Below are positions 26,611-39,500 of a stretch of 64,000 nt of DNA, piece by piece. Below the pieces are notes generated by a model. That model was not told where the DNA came from. It searched no databases and worked only from the letters and a program-made list of their open reading frames with translations. Both the position numbers and the translations under genes were made by a program. Source of the DNA: Ophelia neglecta (Eukaryota); assembly GCA_965285935.1 (NCBI GenBank), contig CBDIWN010000008.1, positions 310,001-374,000 on the forward strand, in the 5' to 3' direction. Within the stretch, counting starts at the first letter, position 1; each line of letters starts with the position of its first letter.

Positions 26611-29600
26611 TTTTTTGAATTGTGTACATTTAAGAACTTTGAACTTATGAAGTTCGCATACGGTCATATGCGGCAGCCCATAGCATGATATGAACCTACC
26701 TACATAAAGACTGCTATGTACTTGGAGTTAATACTTAGCAGCCATTTTGTTATGTATCTCCCAAATATAAACATATGCTGCCATAACTTCCTTTTTAAGC
26801 ATTGGTCATGGATGTTTGTCATTAACACATGTAGCAGTCAGTATAGTTGGTGTCTAAGTGAACGGGTGTATCTGCACCGAATACAATAAACATTTGATCT
26901 GCTTAAATTACATATTCTACAAATCAACATTAAGGGGACTTTGTATATACGTCACTGCCTATATGCTACCAACATTAAGGGGGGCCACGACCTAAAACCA
27001 TATCTGGGCATTTGGATTTCTGTGTGCACATATGTGCATCTAGTGGTTAAAATTGTTTATGTCAAATAATTGTATTTTGCGTTTATTTAGTTTTATACTA
27101 GCAGCTACATTATATTGTTGATATCATTTTTAATTCTATTCTTGTTTCAACCTGATGTTATTTATAATTATGGAATTACGAATTTATATACATGAGCCTG
27201 CAGCTGACGGCTCCTAATGAACTCTGACCTTTTAATGGATGTTTGCTGTTTCCTGTTTTAAAATTGTCTGTTTGTCATCTTTCTCACTGCATCATCGTCT
27301 TTCATTCTCTATCCACGGGAACTATGAAATTTCTTTCTTTCATCAGACTCATCCAGGCTTGACAGGGCAGACATTAAACGGAAATGACGCGCTCGTCTGC
27401 AGCGCTCATTCAAAACTGAAACTCGTACACTACGATGATTTGTATGATGAGATGATCCGTTCAAATCATAGTCATAGCTGAGTATTTTGTCTTAAACTCT
27501 GATGTAGGTCACAGATAAAAAGGTTCCCAATCGTTAATTCATCACTACAAAGCTTTGATTTACATGGTCCGCTTCATCATACCGGAAATTAAATATGCGG
27601 GAAAAGGATATGTTGGTCACATTTAAAGATTACTTGATAAACTATTTCCAGAAAATCAAACATTTATTTTTAAGTAAAGCAATGAAAAATTGAATGTATA
27701 TTTATACCTCTTGCCCCAAGGAGTCCGACGGTTAGTATTTAATAAATAGCAGTTATAAATCGAAATTGTTGAACATAATTATATTGTATCGGCAGATATG
27801 CTGTACTTGGTATTTTTCTTATTTCTACACCTGTCTTTCCATTTTCCTTTTTTTACTTCAGTTTACTAGCTATAAGGGTTACTTTCTATTTGTTTTTACT
27901 TTGGACATGATTATGCGATTTATGGAAACATATGTACACATTTAAAACTATAACTATAAGAGGAGCAATACACAGAATGGTGTCCTTGCTCTTTGCAATG
28001 AGCTTACCATGGTTGTCATCTATAGACATTAACAGCCGAAAACAAAATTGGCCATGACAACACCAAATACTACAAAAGCAATGTTTGATCGAAATGTGTC
28101 GTAAAAATTCTGAAAGAACTTAGAATGTATGATTACCGACAGTCGCAAGACAAAGCCCACATGACCGCGTGAGGGGAGTGGAGACGAAATCTTAATGACT
28201 TCAGAGTTTGACCACGACTTAATATAATGAAAATAAAATATCGTCCTCCCCATGTTATGATTCAATAGTGCCACACGTTTTATGATAATATATGCCAATT
28301 AACCAAATCATATTCAACCAATTTTTTGAAATCAAATATTACCACCACCCCCAACCCTTTCCTTCTTTCGTTGAAGTTTATATAATACACAGATTTTCAA
28401 TGGTAAGCATTGTCTCAGAGCTCTTTCAGCTGAAGAGTAATGTCTACACGATGAAAATATGTTAATGGTGGTATGGTGTTGTAAGTTGAATCTGTGCGAC
28501 CAGTACCTTACATCTATTGTCTGACTTTGCGCAATACATTTCAAGATCAATTTAATCTTCTAGTGATTTATAAAGTTTTTGTCATGCCCACTGTAAGGCT
28601 CTAATTTAAGATTATATGTTATATAAATATTAACAATGTAACAATTAACCTTCTAAGAGCAGGAATACTGAATATGGCGCAACATGAAGTTCAATGAATA
28701 ATCATTGATATTATTAAATATAAGGCTTGGTTTTGAGAACCACTGATGCATAGTTTCCGCTGGGCGAATTTTTCAAATATTGGCAGGCCTTGCCGGAATG
28801 CATTTCAATGTTATATACTGACATTGAAGTTTGTCTACTGGTGCATAAATATGATGGCTTGTTTAGTTTCAAAGTTTATTTTTGTTTAAACACGAATTGT
28901 TTTATATAATTATTCAAAAATGCGAAATATTCTACCATCAGATGAGGAAGGAGGACATTTTATTAATATCGCATGGATGAAATAACTCTACAAGTATTTA
29001 TAGCATTTCTTATATATATTTTACACAGTGCATGAGGCATCACGTAAGACATGTATTTGTTCACAGCCGTCAATTTCTTTTAAATATGTTTGTACCCAAA
29101 TCGGATGGTTTATAGTAATCTTGTAAATTATTTGGAATGATTAACACGCTATCCGTCGGTATACTCTTTTATGCTATCCACTCGGCACAGACAACACAAA
29201 CTTTAATTGAATATATATGTTTTCTTAACAGCCTACCTAAGAGAGGTTTTTAGAATTTGCTAATGCGCCCCTCGTATAACTGGGCACCCAGCCAAGGTGG
29301 CGATAAAGGCTGAATAAAGTCATCCTTGTGACTGAATGTGTCAATCGAAGTCGTTATATATGGTTCACAGATGGGTGGGATTTCTGAATCACCAAGTATC
29401 ATACTACCGTAGTACATATATGTACGGCGACCTTGAAGGAAGGATGTAATAAAAACATCAGACACATTCAAATATGGTACATTGGTTAAGAACAAAGTGA
29501 CATCACACTAGTTATTTCATATTATTCATTGGTTCATCAATACATCAATAATATTTTTGTATCTTCTGCGTCTACATACAATCTTTCGTTACACGGTAAG

Positions 29601-31412
29601 GTTCATTACAAAATATATATGCAAATTTCTAATCATTAACGATATTACAAATTTATTGTTTAATCGAACTAGAATTCCCCATAAAAAGCCTCATAAATTT
29701 GTCATACATTTGAAGTCGTAAATGGTGTCTCACCAATAAATCTAAAATCGCTATATTTCATTCAGCTTTGGCCATGACACTTGTTTACGAAAAACGTGTT
29801 TACAGAGGGCGCTACATACAAGGTAAATAGTTCAAACTGACAAATGGACTTTTGCTACTACGTCCAACCACATTACTGCATTTCCAGGTACAATAAATTA
29901 GTATGAGCCGCTAAAGTAGGCATTTGAGTAAATATATTTAGTGTCTTGAAATGATATGTAGTTGTTTAGAATTTTCTTGAAAATATAGTTGCCTTCATTG
30001 CCAGAAGCATAAGACATATACTGAGTCAAATACTTTTTGATATAGCGTTTATTTCTACTAAAACTTCTGTACATGGTCAAAAAATGTGTTTGTAACTGTT
30101 CAATGGCATATTAAAAACACAGGACCCAAAAAGGTAATTGATTTGCGAATTTACCGTCGAATATATTCTCTTTTAAGAAGCTGATCCAATAGGTTTTCAT
30201 CTCTGCTATGGAGATGGACGAATACACTAGATATAATAAACTGCCCAGCAAACTTAGTTAAAGAAATCTTATAACAAACTGAGGGAAACAATAACAGTAA
30301 TCCTGGAACGCTGGCGTTTGTCTCTTAACTGAAAATAACGCCGAAGCGAAGATAAGAACATTTGGAAAAACGATTAATTTTTTCCAATTCTTGCCGTTGC
30401 CAAAACTGGGTATACGATTATATAACTACTTATATCTATCAAATTTAAAGCATTTACATATTATTATTATTGTTATCATTAATATTAAGCAATGTATTAA
30501 TTTTCATATAAAATCCCTTTCTAGCGAGAAAATACATCGATCAGCTTGTTTCCTTGAAGAGAAGCAAACACATTTGAGGCTAAATACTACGATTGTAACA
30601 AATACGGACCGTAACATACACAAATATTGTAGAACATATATTATTGAGAACCCAGTAAACAGTAAATATTAGATTCCAATGATCATCGATGTATTAGGCA
30701 TAGGGTTTGAACAATAAACCAGAGAACATAAGCGTGATAATAAATATACAAGCTTCCAAAGCCTCCCATCCCTCTTAAATTGTTTATTATATTAATAAAT
30801 CTCAATTTCTCAAATGATTAATAAGTGATTAATTTGTATTTTTTTGCAATTTTGCTTCCATTGCCTCTGATCCTTCTCCATTTCTTTATTATAGTGCTTC
30901 CAAAACAATAAGTATTGGCCTTTCAAAATGTATTTGGAAGAATGGGCTTGTTGGAAACCCACTCAATCACAAACATGAGGAGACAAACTGTTATATTTTC
31001 CTGACATTATATACATACATGTGTTCAAAAAGGTCCTGATTTCGGTCTTTCTAAGGGCAAAATGTCACCGAGTACAACTGTTTATATAAAATATTTGCGT
31101 GATATTTAGAAGCAATAAACCATGTACTAATATAAGCATGTATATACTTTTTTGACCGAAATAAACCAATCGCTTTGCACACAGTATTATATGTAGTACG
31201 GTATAAAATGGTTATTTTAGAGCCTTCATGACATTGGCAAAAGATTCATATTTATCATTAAATTATATCAATGCATATTTATAGGAAATAAAATATCTAA
31301 TCAAATCATCCAGGTTAAAAGTAAAAGCAAGGTAGAAAGCTATATTACAATCCATGACCGAAAGCAGGGTCTTCATGATTATAATCTCAAAGGAATGTAG
31401 TACGGCAGGTAA

Positions 31413-33548
31413 CTACTTAAAGTTTCCATACTGCTCGTTCCTTGTAATATACTCCATTGCAATACAATGTAAGAAACGATATTGATCCTGTTAAGAAATG
31501 GATACATTCACTTTAACTGTAACTTTATCTTTGAATACATGCATAAGATAACTGATTAATAAATAGCCCACTATCTTTGCACATTAACATTGATGAAAAT
31601 AGCCCGACATTTTGAAATTTTAGATTAGTTTGTCAATTGCAGAAAAGCATTGTTTGTCACAATTCCGAAAACTCTTAACGTCAATGCACATATTAGTTAT
31701 AGTACTTACCAAATTGTTGACAAATTGTTGTCTGTGGAGGGAAACAACTCTGACAGCAAGAAAGACGTCGACCTCGCGGTCTTCTTTCATCTTCTCTAGC
31801 ATATAATGTGCTGCGCATATCATTCCACTGTGGCTGGCACCGTCTCTGTAATATCCGAGTAAGTAATGGCATGTTGATTAAGCACGCGAGATGCTTTAAG
31901 GAGATCAATACTTACCTCAATCTCCTTAAGCCATATGGAAAAACAAGGCGATGGCAGGTGAGATGAAAGTTTAGAGGGACATATGAAAGCGCTATCAGCT
32001 GATTAATTAAATAGCCCCCCCCCCCACCAGCAACCCCTAATTAAGCGTCAGTGTCTCACTAATAACGAACAAGCATAGTGGTATATATGCTAAAAAGTGT
32101 GGATCATCCTTCAATAATTCATATTTTGTATGACACTTAGATTTTACAAATTACAGCTGCCTATTTATAAATGGGTGTTTGGCAACAAACCCCTCATTGG
32201 CGCTTTTTTTTAATCCTAAAGAGAAACACTTGTCTAGAGACTATCATAAGGATGATCCTAGTTTATTCATGTATTATTTGTGTTGTTCTGTGTTTATACG
32301 AAAACAGTTGACGTGTTTATAACTTACTTGCATTGGATAACAATTTTTCCAGCTTCAGATTGTCGTTGCCACTTCTGAAGGCGTTCTAACAGATTTAAAG
32401 TGTCATCCATGTTTGGCAGATTCTGTTTATCTGGCCGTTGCTTGAACAAAATATGGCGGACGCTCAATGCCTTGTTCTGGAATTAAGAATTTAACCAATA
32501 GTATTAAGATATCGTTGTTGTATTTGAGAATATGCTTTTCTATACTTCTAATAGTTGCCATATCAACATAAATTAAATAAAATCCACTAACACTTGAGGA
32601 AAAAGACACGGTGAACTTTCTTTCTTCTATGGCATCTTTCTCGTCTTCGTCTTTTGAATCGATGCGCACTTCAAGATCACCAAACTTCCTAACGTCACCT
32701 TGTTGAAAATCCCAGTAATTGGGACAATCCTGATGATAGAAATTGATGATAAAACAAGTTTGTATATTTTGACGGATTTAAATGTGATTACCTAACTTCT
32801 GGCATTTCGTATTGCACTGTTTGTTTTATTGGAGCACGGCCGCCTACCTCGGAGTTAGGGGACGTGGTGTCCACAGTTATCACAGTGTGGCAGTTTTGTT
32901 CATACACCAAACGCCAGAGGTCAACAACAGTATCAGGGAGTGGCAGCTGTGTTGCAATGAATGTCTTCTCCGCAAGAAAACTCTAATAAATCGTGGAGTA
33001 AACGAAATGCATTCCATCAGTATGTGGCTTTAAGTTCAAGAAAATTCGAAAAATACAAAAGAAAGAAAAAAATGTTATCAATTGAGCATCATCCAATAAA
33101 TCACTATTAAAAGAACATGATTAACGGAAAATATGTCTAGAAATATACCATGCGTTAATAATCATTCAGCAAAGTATAAGGGAGATTGATGATATGGTGA
33201 AAAAGCTGAATGTAAGTTGTATTCATTTAAACCAATACACACGTTGACCACAACGGCATTGATATAGTCATTGGTCCCCGGACATCTTGTAGATAGATAC
33301 AACCTGTGTTTATTGTCTATTGAAGAAAACAAAAGAAAACAGTTGTTTGAGTTAACCAATCTGATTGTGCATTGGTTCCATATACAGACATATAAGATTA
33401 GTTATATTATCATAACCCATGCAGTGTCTATTATCTTAAACTATGTACCTGGCACTATATCAGCATCTCGATTCTTCCGCCTGTTTTCCTTACTCAGAGC
33501 ACTAAGTTTGTCATCTGACTCCTTGTGTTGTTTCATTTTGGAAAGAAT
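31413..33548 (-). CDS. Gene B PTP D2 domain (predicted catalytically impaired) and C-terminal YGNFK
   Basis: P-loop QCKDGASHSG lacks the CX5R arginine. The WPD loop is RPD and KNRY is KNRD. Confidence 0.85.
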
Positions 33549-36500
33549 CTGAAATGTAAGTCATGCCATAATTATCATCGCCTCACAGTGATACAAAAGG
33601 GCTACTTTTCAGATAGGCGGAGTATATGGAAGCAAAAACCAAACAAACTGTTCACAGTGATCGAAAATGGCTAATGCCAAACTGACTTCATTATCGATTC
33701 CCTCTGTTAGCAAGGTAACGTAAATGGTGAGCATGCCGTTTGTTGCTGTCATCATAGAAAGTGCCATATTGTTATAATTATAGTGTTTGCCATCCATTAT
33801 AAACCACATGCGATTTTAACACTTTTGTTTAACATATCACACATTATCATATTGGTTAATGAGTGTTTACATGAAAAAGATGCATGTCTTTATATAATTA
33901 ATACAAGATTACATCATTGGAATACATAGTTTTTCACAACAAATATTAATAAACTAAAATAGTATCTATAAATTATTAATTGCTGAAATGGTGCAACAAA
34001 ACCACTATGTATAAAATGCTTACTTTGAATTGTTCTTCGATGGGTATTTCGTTGGAATATTCGTTTCCGCCGACCAGTTGCGTGAACCTCTCAGGATACA
34101 CGATACATGGAATGGCCGTCTGTCCTTGCTGGTATGCATCTAACAGTGCCTCGTAGATAAATATATATTGTGGCTGAAAGCAGAAGAAATATAACTTAAT
34201 ATATCTATTGTGTAGGAGTCAGTAATAATTAGATATGTAGACCAAATTGATAATTATGAAAATTGAGTATCCTAATACAAGAGCCATCGTATGGAGATTT
34301 AAAATATTACTATTTGCCTTTCCTCCTAAATATATATCAAAAGTAATGTTGAAATGTCACGAATGCACATAATTAAGTAGGCGTTTAGGATAAGGCGTTG
34401 ATAATCAAAGTTTAGTCGGCATATGGGTTTACAAACTCCACATCGATTTTCTATAATCTTTGACCTTAGCTGAACAAGATAATCTTTTTGGTAAAAACAG
34501 TGTTCATGTAAAAGCTTAATATAGCCTTAATGGAGTATTATCTCAGGAAAAATTCTTACCAATGTCTGAACCATTTCCATACGTTCATTTCTGAGCTGAG
34601 TTACCAGTTTGAAGACATCTACTTTTCCTTCTCTTTTCATTTGGTCCAGGAGATAGTCCAGCGCAATCAATGTCCCTGTGCGGCCTATTCCAGCACTGGG
34701 AGGGATAAAGGAAATATGCTCATTGTGACATTATTGTGCCTTGATAAATAAACTAGCCTAAGAACATTGTAAGCTTCAAATATGTTATTTTACCTGCAAT
34801 GCACAATAATTGGCCCTGTTCCCTCTCCGTCAAATGATCTCAGCTTTCGTCTGAATTGCAAAAGAGGGAATGCATGTTCTGGGGCCTCCTTGTCTGGCCA
34901 GGAGAGGAACTGCAGGTGCTTTACTGTCCTCTGTTCATTCTACAATATGCAAAAATGGGGTTTTCTTACTTTAAAGTCTAATTGTGTTGATCGTCCTCAA
35001 ACGCTGACATGCTCTCGTTAAGTGGCGCCGCAAAACGAAAGCTTTAAGGAATCGGAACATTTTAAGTTTTTGTTTTGAATTTTTCCATCCAAGAAAAAAT
35101 AATTGCACCATATCTGATTTTGCATTACTTTATTACATAACTTGGCATAGACCAGGTTATATCAAGTAATTGATGTTATAACAATTAAAAATCTGTGATC
35201 ATGTTCTATAAATACAGAATTCGACCAGTATTTAGTGTGTTTATTGTCTCTCAACTGTCGGTCAGCTATGAATTATATTTTACATGCCAGTTACCAGATT
35301 ACATGTGTTGCACAACCAGAAAGCAGTTATTCTCAGTACAGGCATTTTGTTTCCAGATATTTAACACAGTAAATCGAAAACAGCTCCTCCCGCAAGAGTT
35401 GAATAGTACGTCAAATGTGTAACAAATATTCTGCGTGTCGATGAAGTATTTGTGACACAAGCCTGCCCTAGTTATCAGGTATATTTAGGAAATAAATATC
35501 GATTTGCTATACACTATGTTGATGAAATTTTAGATGAAGAATTTGACAGTTGCTTGACGTTGCGAAAGCTGTCATAACCAAGTGACTTTAATGTGCTGGC
35601 AACCTGCTAGAATAGGCAGTTAAACAACAACAACAAATCACATCGTTATGGTATGAACTATGTGACATGTGGTAATCTAGATGTATAAAAGTAGAAACGA
35701 AAATAAGAAAAATGCGAGTGGAAAGCCGGCAGACAAAGCCAAGTCACTAGTCGAGAACAGTCCATTAAATCGTTCCGAAGTCATCAGGAACCAGTAGCCA
35801 AGGCGAGGCAGCAACAATTAAAACTAAGAAACGCACAAACACACCTCCGGACATATATAATAAGCAAAATATGCTTTAAACGACCTTCACTCATTTCTGT
35901 CTGATACTGGTTAAAAGTATTATATGTACCAACATGCAGTTCACAATATGATATAACTAAGAGGAAATGTTGTTCACGTGTTTCTTAACGTGTTTCGTTA
36001 CCTTCTGCGATTTCTCGTAGTTATTAATCTTCTAAGCAATACGGGCCATTCCACAATGTATAGAAGAATGAATAATTTCCTTTCACTTAGGGCCAAATTA
36101 ATCATATGAAATTTAAAATAACTGTAAAGAAAATCATACCCCTTTTTGTATGGTGATGAGTGTCAGAGTGTAGTCGGCATATGAATCACAGGCCGTGGTA
36201 GTCACTGTTATATCATCATAGGTTACGACCTCACCGACTGCCTCGGGCCAATACTGGGCACACTTTGTCTGTTTTAAATAAAACGAATGCCAATTGCAAA
36301 TGCTTAAATAGACACGCTCTAATGCCATTTAATACGTCACAAAAAAAAAAACAAAAAAACAATACAATTCAACAATACATTTTATTTTGTTCACACTGAC
36401 AAACCTTGGTGAGTTCTTTAATTCGTGTTGCCATAACAATACGATTTGACTCTAACTGCCAGACCATCGACCACAACGCGTACACTGTGTGCGGCTTCGG

Positions 36501-39500
36501 TCCTGAAAAGAAACATTTAGAAAAAGTTAATAATCGTTTGCTAGATGATAGATTTCTTTCTCTTAACCTTACTTAGTTGCTGTTTAGATTTTTTAAAGAC
36601 ATCATCATTATAAGTACCTATAGTATTGTTTCTGTTTCAATATTCGAATAATTTCTGATTTAATTTTAAGCCGACCTATAACTTCGTGAAACCGTAATCG
36701 TTTTTGTGACATATAATCTATGTCCGAATACCTATATGCGTTTGTGCGAGTTTTGATCACTCACCTTGTGTGGCCACGTAATGGTTTTTCTTATTAGGAT
36801 AACCCTAAAAAAAGATACGTCACTTCGACTGTGCTTTAGATTATAAATGACTTTACGGTTTGAGATATATCAAAAACCGGTAACATGTGGGTATATATAC
36901 CGATCTTCAGTAAAACCATTTCAATATAGTAATCACATTTACCGTTATGAAGCTGGCATTGATGTAGTCAGAGTTATCAATAGTAGTTTCCAGAACCACT
37001 CGAGAAAAGTCGTCTATAAAAATGTAACTCATCATGTAACATATGAATAAAATACTGTAAATTAATATCTTTTAGCAAACTGGAAACTTTCGCAAATTTA
37101 TATATAATCGCGGAAATATCAACTAGCAAAAATTTCCTGTGTGCTATTCCCTTACGCAACCCTTCTTTTAAGCAGTAATCAGGCTCTATCGTCGCTCAGC
37201 CAGGTCGGTAATGCAGGGTGAAATATGACTCGGGGAATTTTCTGGTTCCCTTAGACACCTTGTTTCTCAGTATACTTTGGCTGTCATTGAGTACATTTTA
37301 CCATTTTACGTTCTCAGACGTGTGTTTTTAAATATGAAGGTTATAATCAAAGAAAACATACAGGCTCTGATATTCTTAAATCGATCCCTAGCTATGTTTT
37401 GTGTCTGCTTGGCCACGTCACATGGGCTCAGTTCTCCGTAAGGGACGTCCTTCAACAACAGATAAAGTAATTAATGGAAAAAGCGTGAAAAGAAAAATTA
37501 AAACAGGACAAACAACTGGGACGAGTCTGTAAAATAAATGAGAGAACACAAATCATATATCAAAGCTTCGGTGCAAAATTAGGTAGCTGGAAAGAACCAA
37601 TGTGTTTTTAATTCAGACCATCCAACTTTAAGATATCACAATCGGCGATCGTCTTAAAATGAAGGGAAGGAATATTGGTACATTATTTTATTTTAGTTTC
37701 AAATACGGCGCAGTAATTAATAAAGATCTATTTTCGTGGCTAATCTTGTTTTCTTTACAGCCCCCAACATATAAAGCATAAATGACCATTTATTGAAACC
37801 CGCAGTGTATATACAATGAACGTTTTCGGTATACCGTGTATGCATGAACCATTTTTACTTCATTACGCATGTGTGACCCAATTAGTCAATGCCACAACAG
37901 TGGTAGGTCTAAAAATTGCAGCGGGATAAGACACCAAGGTTGCTTACACGGTGGATCAACCGATGTCATGAACTGTTTGAAGTTTAATTACAACATAAAG
38001 AAAGTAATAGATACATAAATTCCAAAGGATAAACATAAAGGACGCCTACTTTACTCAATGTCTTAATTGGAATTAAAGGAAGCATTACTCGTAACTTATT
38101 GTACCATCATGATCAATGCGACCGGCTTTATTATAGATATTTAATGTAGTTGTTATAGAGTTTTGAAATTACGAAAATGTGAACTAATGTAGATAGCTTT
38201 GTCAGTTAACTCATTTTATTAGAAAATCTTCATAAAACACAACTTAAATCGGCATGCATGACATAACCAAAATGACAAATATGACATTTTAAGTCGACCT
38301 ACGTAAGAGCCAGATTTAGGGTGACGTGCTAGGCGGGCACAATTTAACTTGAAAATGTTCTTTTGTAACGCGGTTATAAAATATCAGGTTGGCGATACGA
38401 ATGTTTGACACTTCCCGGGTTTATGCACGCATGCCCTCACAAAGTACCCCAGCATGCAGCGCTGTCTTCCGCTTTACGCCAGATGCCACAAATATCTATT
38501 ATCGCTCGAGCATACGCGATAGTGGTAATCATGGACATTTTGGAGAATGTTATATATCTAATCTAAGGAACTAGTCCAGAAGGCTTTATTCAATACCACA
38601 CACTTTACTTAACAGTGTCATCAAATTAGTTGTGCTGCCAAAGGCCTTTTTGTATTCTAGAAATGCAGATACCTTCAATTCAAAAAAAGAAGAAAAAACT
38701 TTTCACTGGCTGGTTACTCACTTCAAATTCCTTTTTCAGACCATCCTTAGTGTATTTCCGTGCCCCAATATATACTTCAAGATCATCTTCTTTGACGCAA
38801 GTTCCTTCGTCAAGACGTTTTTTAGCCGGGAAGTCATAGTATATCGTATTAGGGTTCTCATCTACGTTACCTCCAAAGCATGGATTGTCTACTTCCTTCA
38901 CAACTTGCGTTTCAGCCAGGTCTGTAACAGGTCCTTTGGAATGGTAAAAAATAGACTGATTGTATATTGTCCATAGTAACTGACATGCTTTCTCAAAATG
39001 ACACTATACAGCGAAGCGAATATTTAAATAGGTTTGATTACATGTGAAAAACGGGAGTAGGTACCCGGCACACAAAACAATATCATTTATCAAGAAAAGT
39101 CCATCAATTTGGTCCGGTACAATCAGGAATCGAAAGACATAGGCCTGGAATTACTTACCGGAAGGCCTTCTAAATGACGAATAGCTTCTTCCATGTGGAG
39201 GTATTTCCTCCATTTTAGCATTAGCATCATCTTTCGCTTTCGTGCGTCGTTTCCTATTATGAATTTTCAAACACACCGCTCGTAAGGATTTTTATAACTC
39301 ATTAATAATAACGAAGCACTCTCAATGCTGATGCTTACTAAAAGCATAATGGGATATAATTCCTCTGAGAAACAACGTACGGGTTGATAATTTCTTAATT
39401 CACCAACCTGAGAAAAACGACAAGAATTACCACCAGGATGGCTATAGTCAGGAACGCTGCCACTGATCCGGTAACAGGACCGATCAGGCCTAACGAGGCA

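Noticed and set aside
31263-31412. 49 open in-frame codons after B's TAG (53 after C's), suggesting stop-codon readthrough
   Set aside because: TAG-T is a poor readthrough context, B/C differences here are mostly non-synonymous, and the two copies are not independent evidence. Ribosome profiling would be needed.
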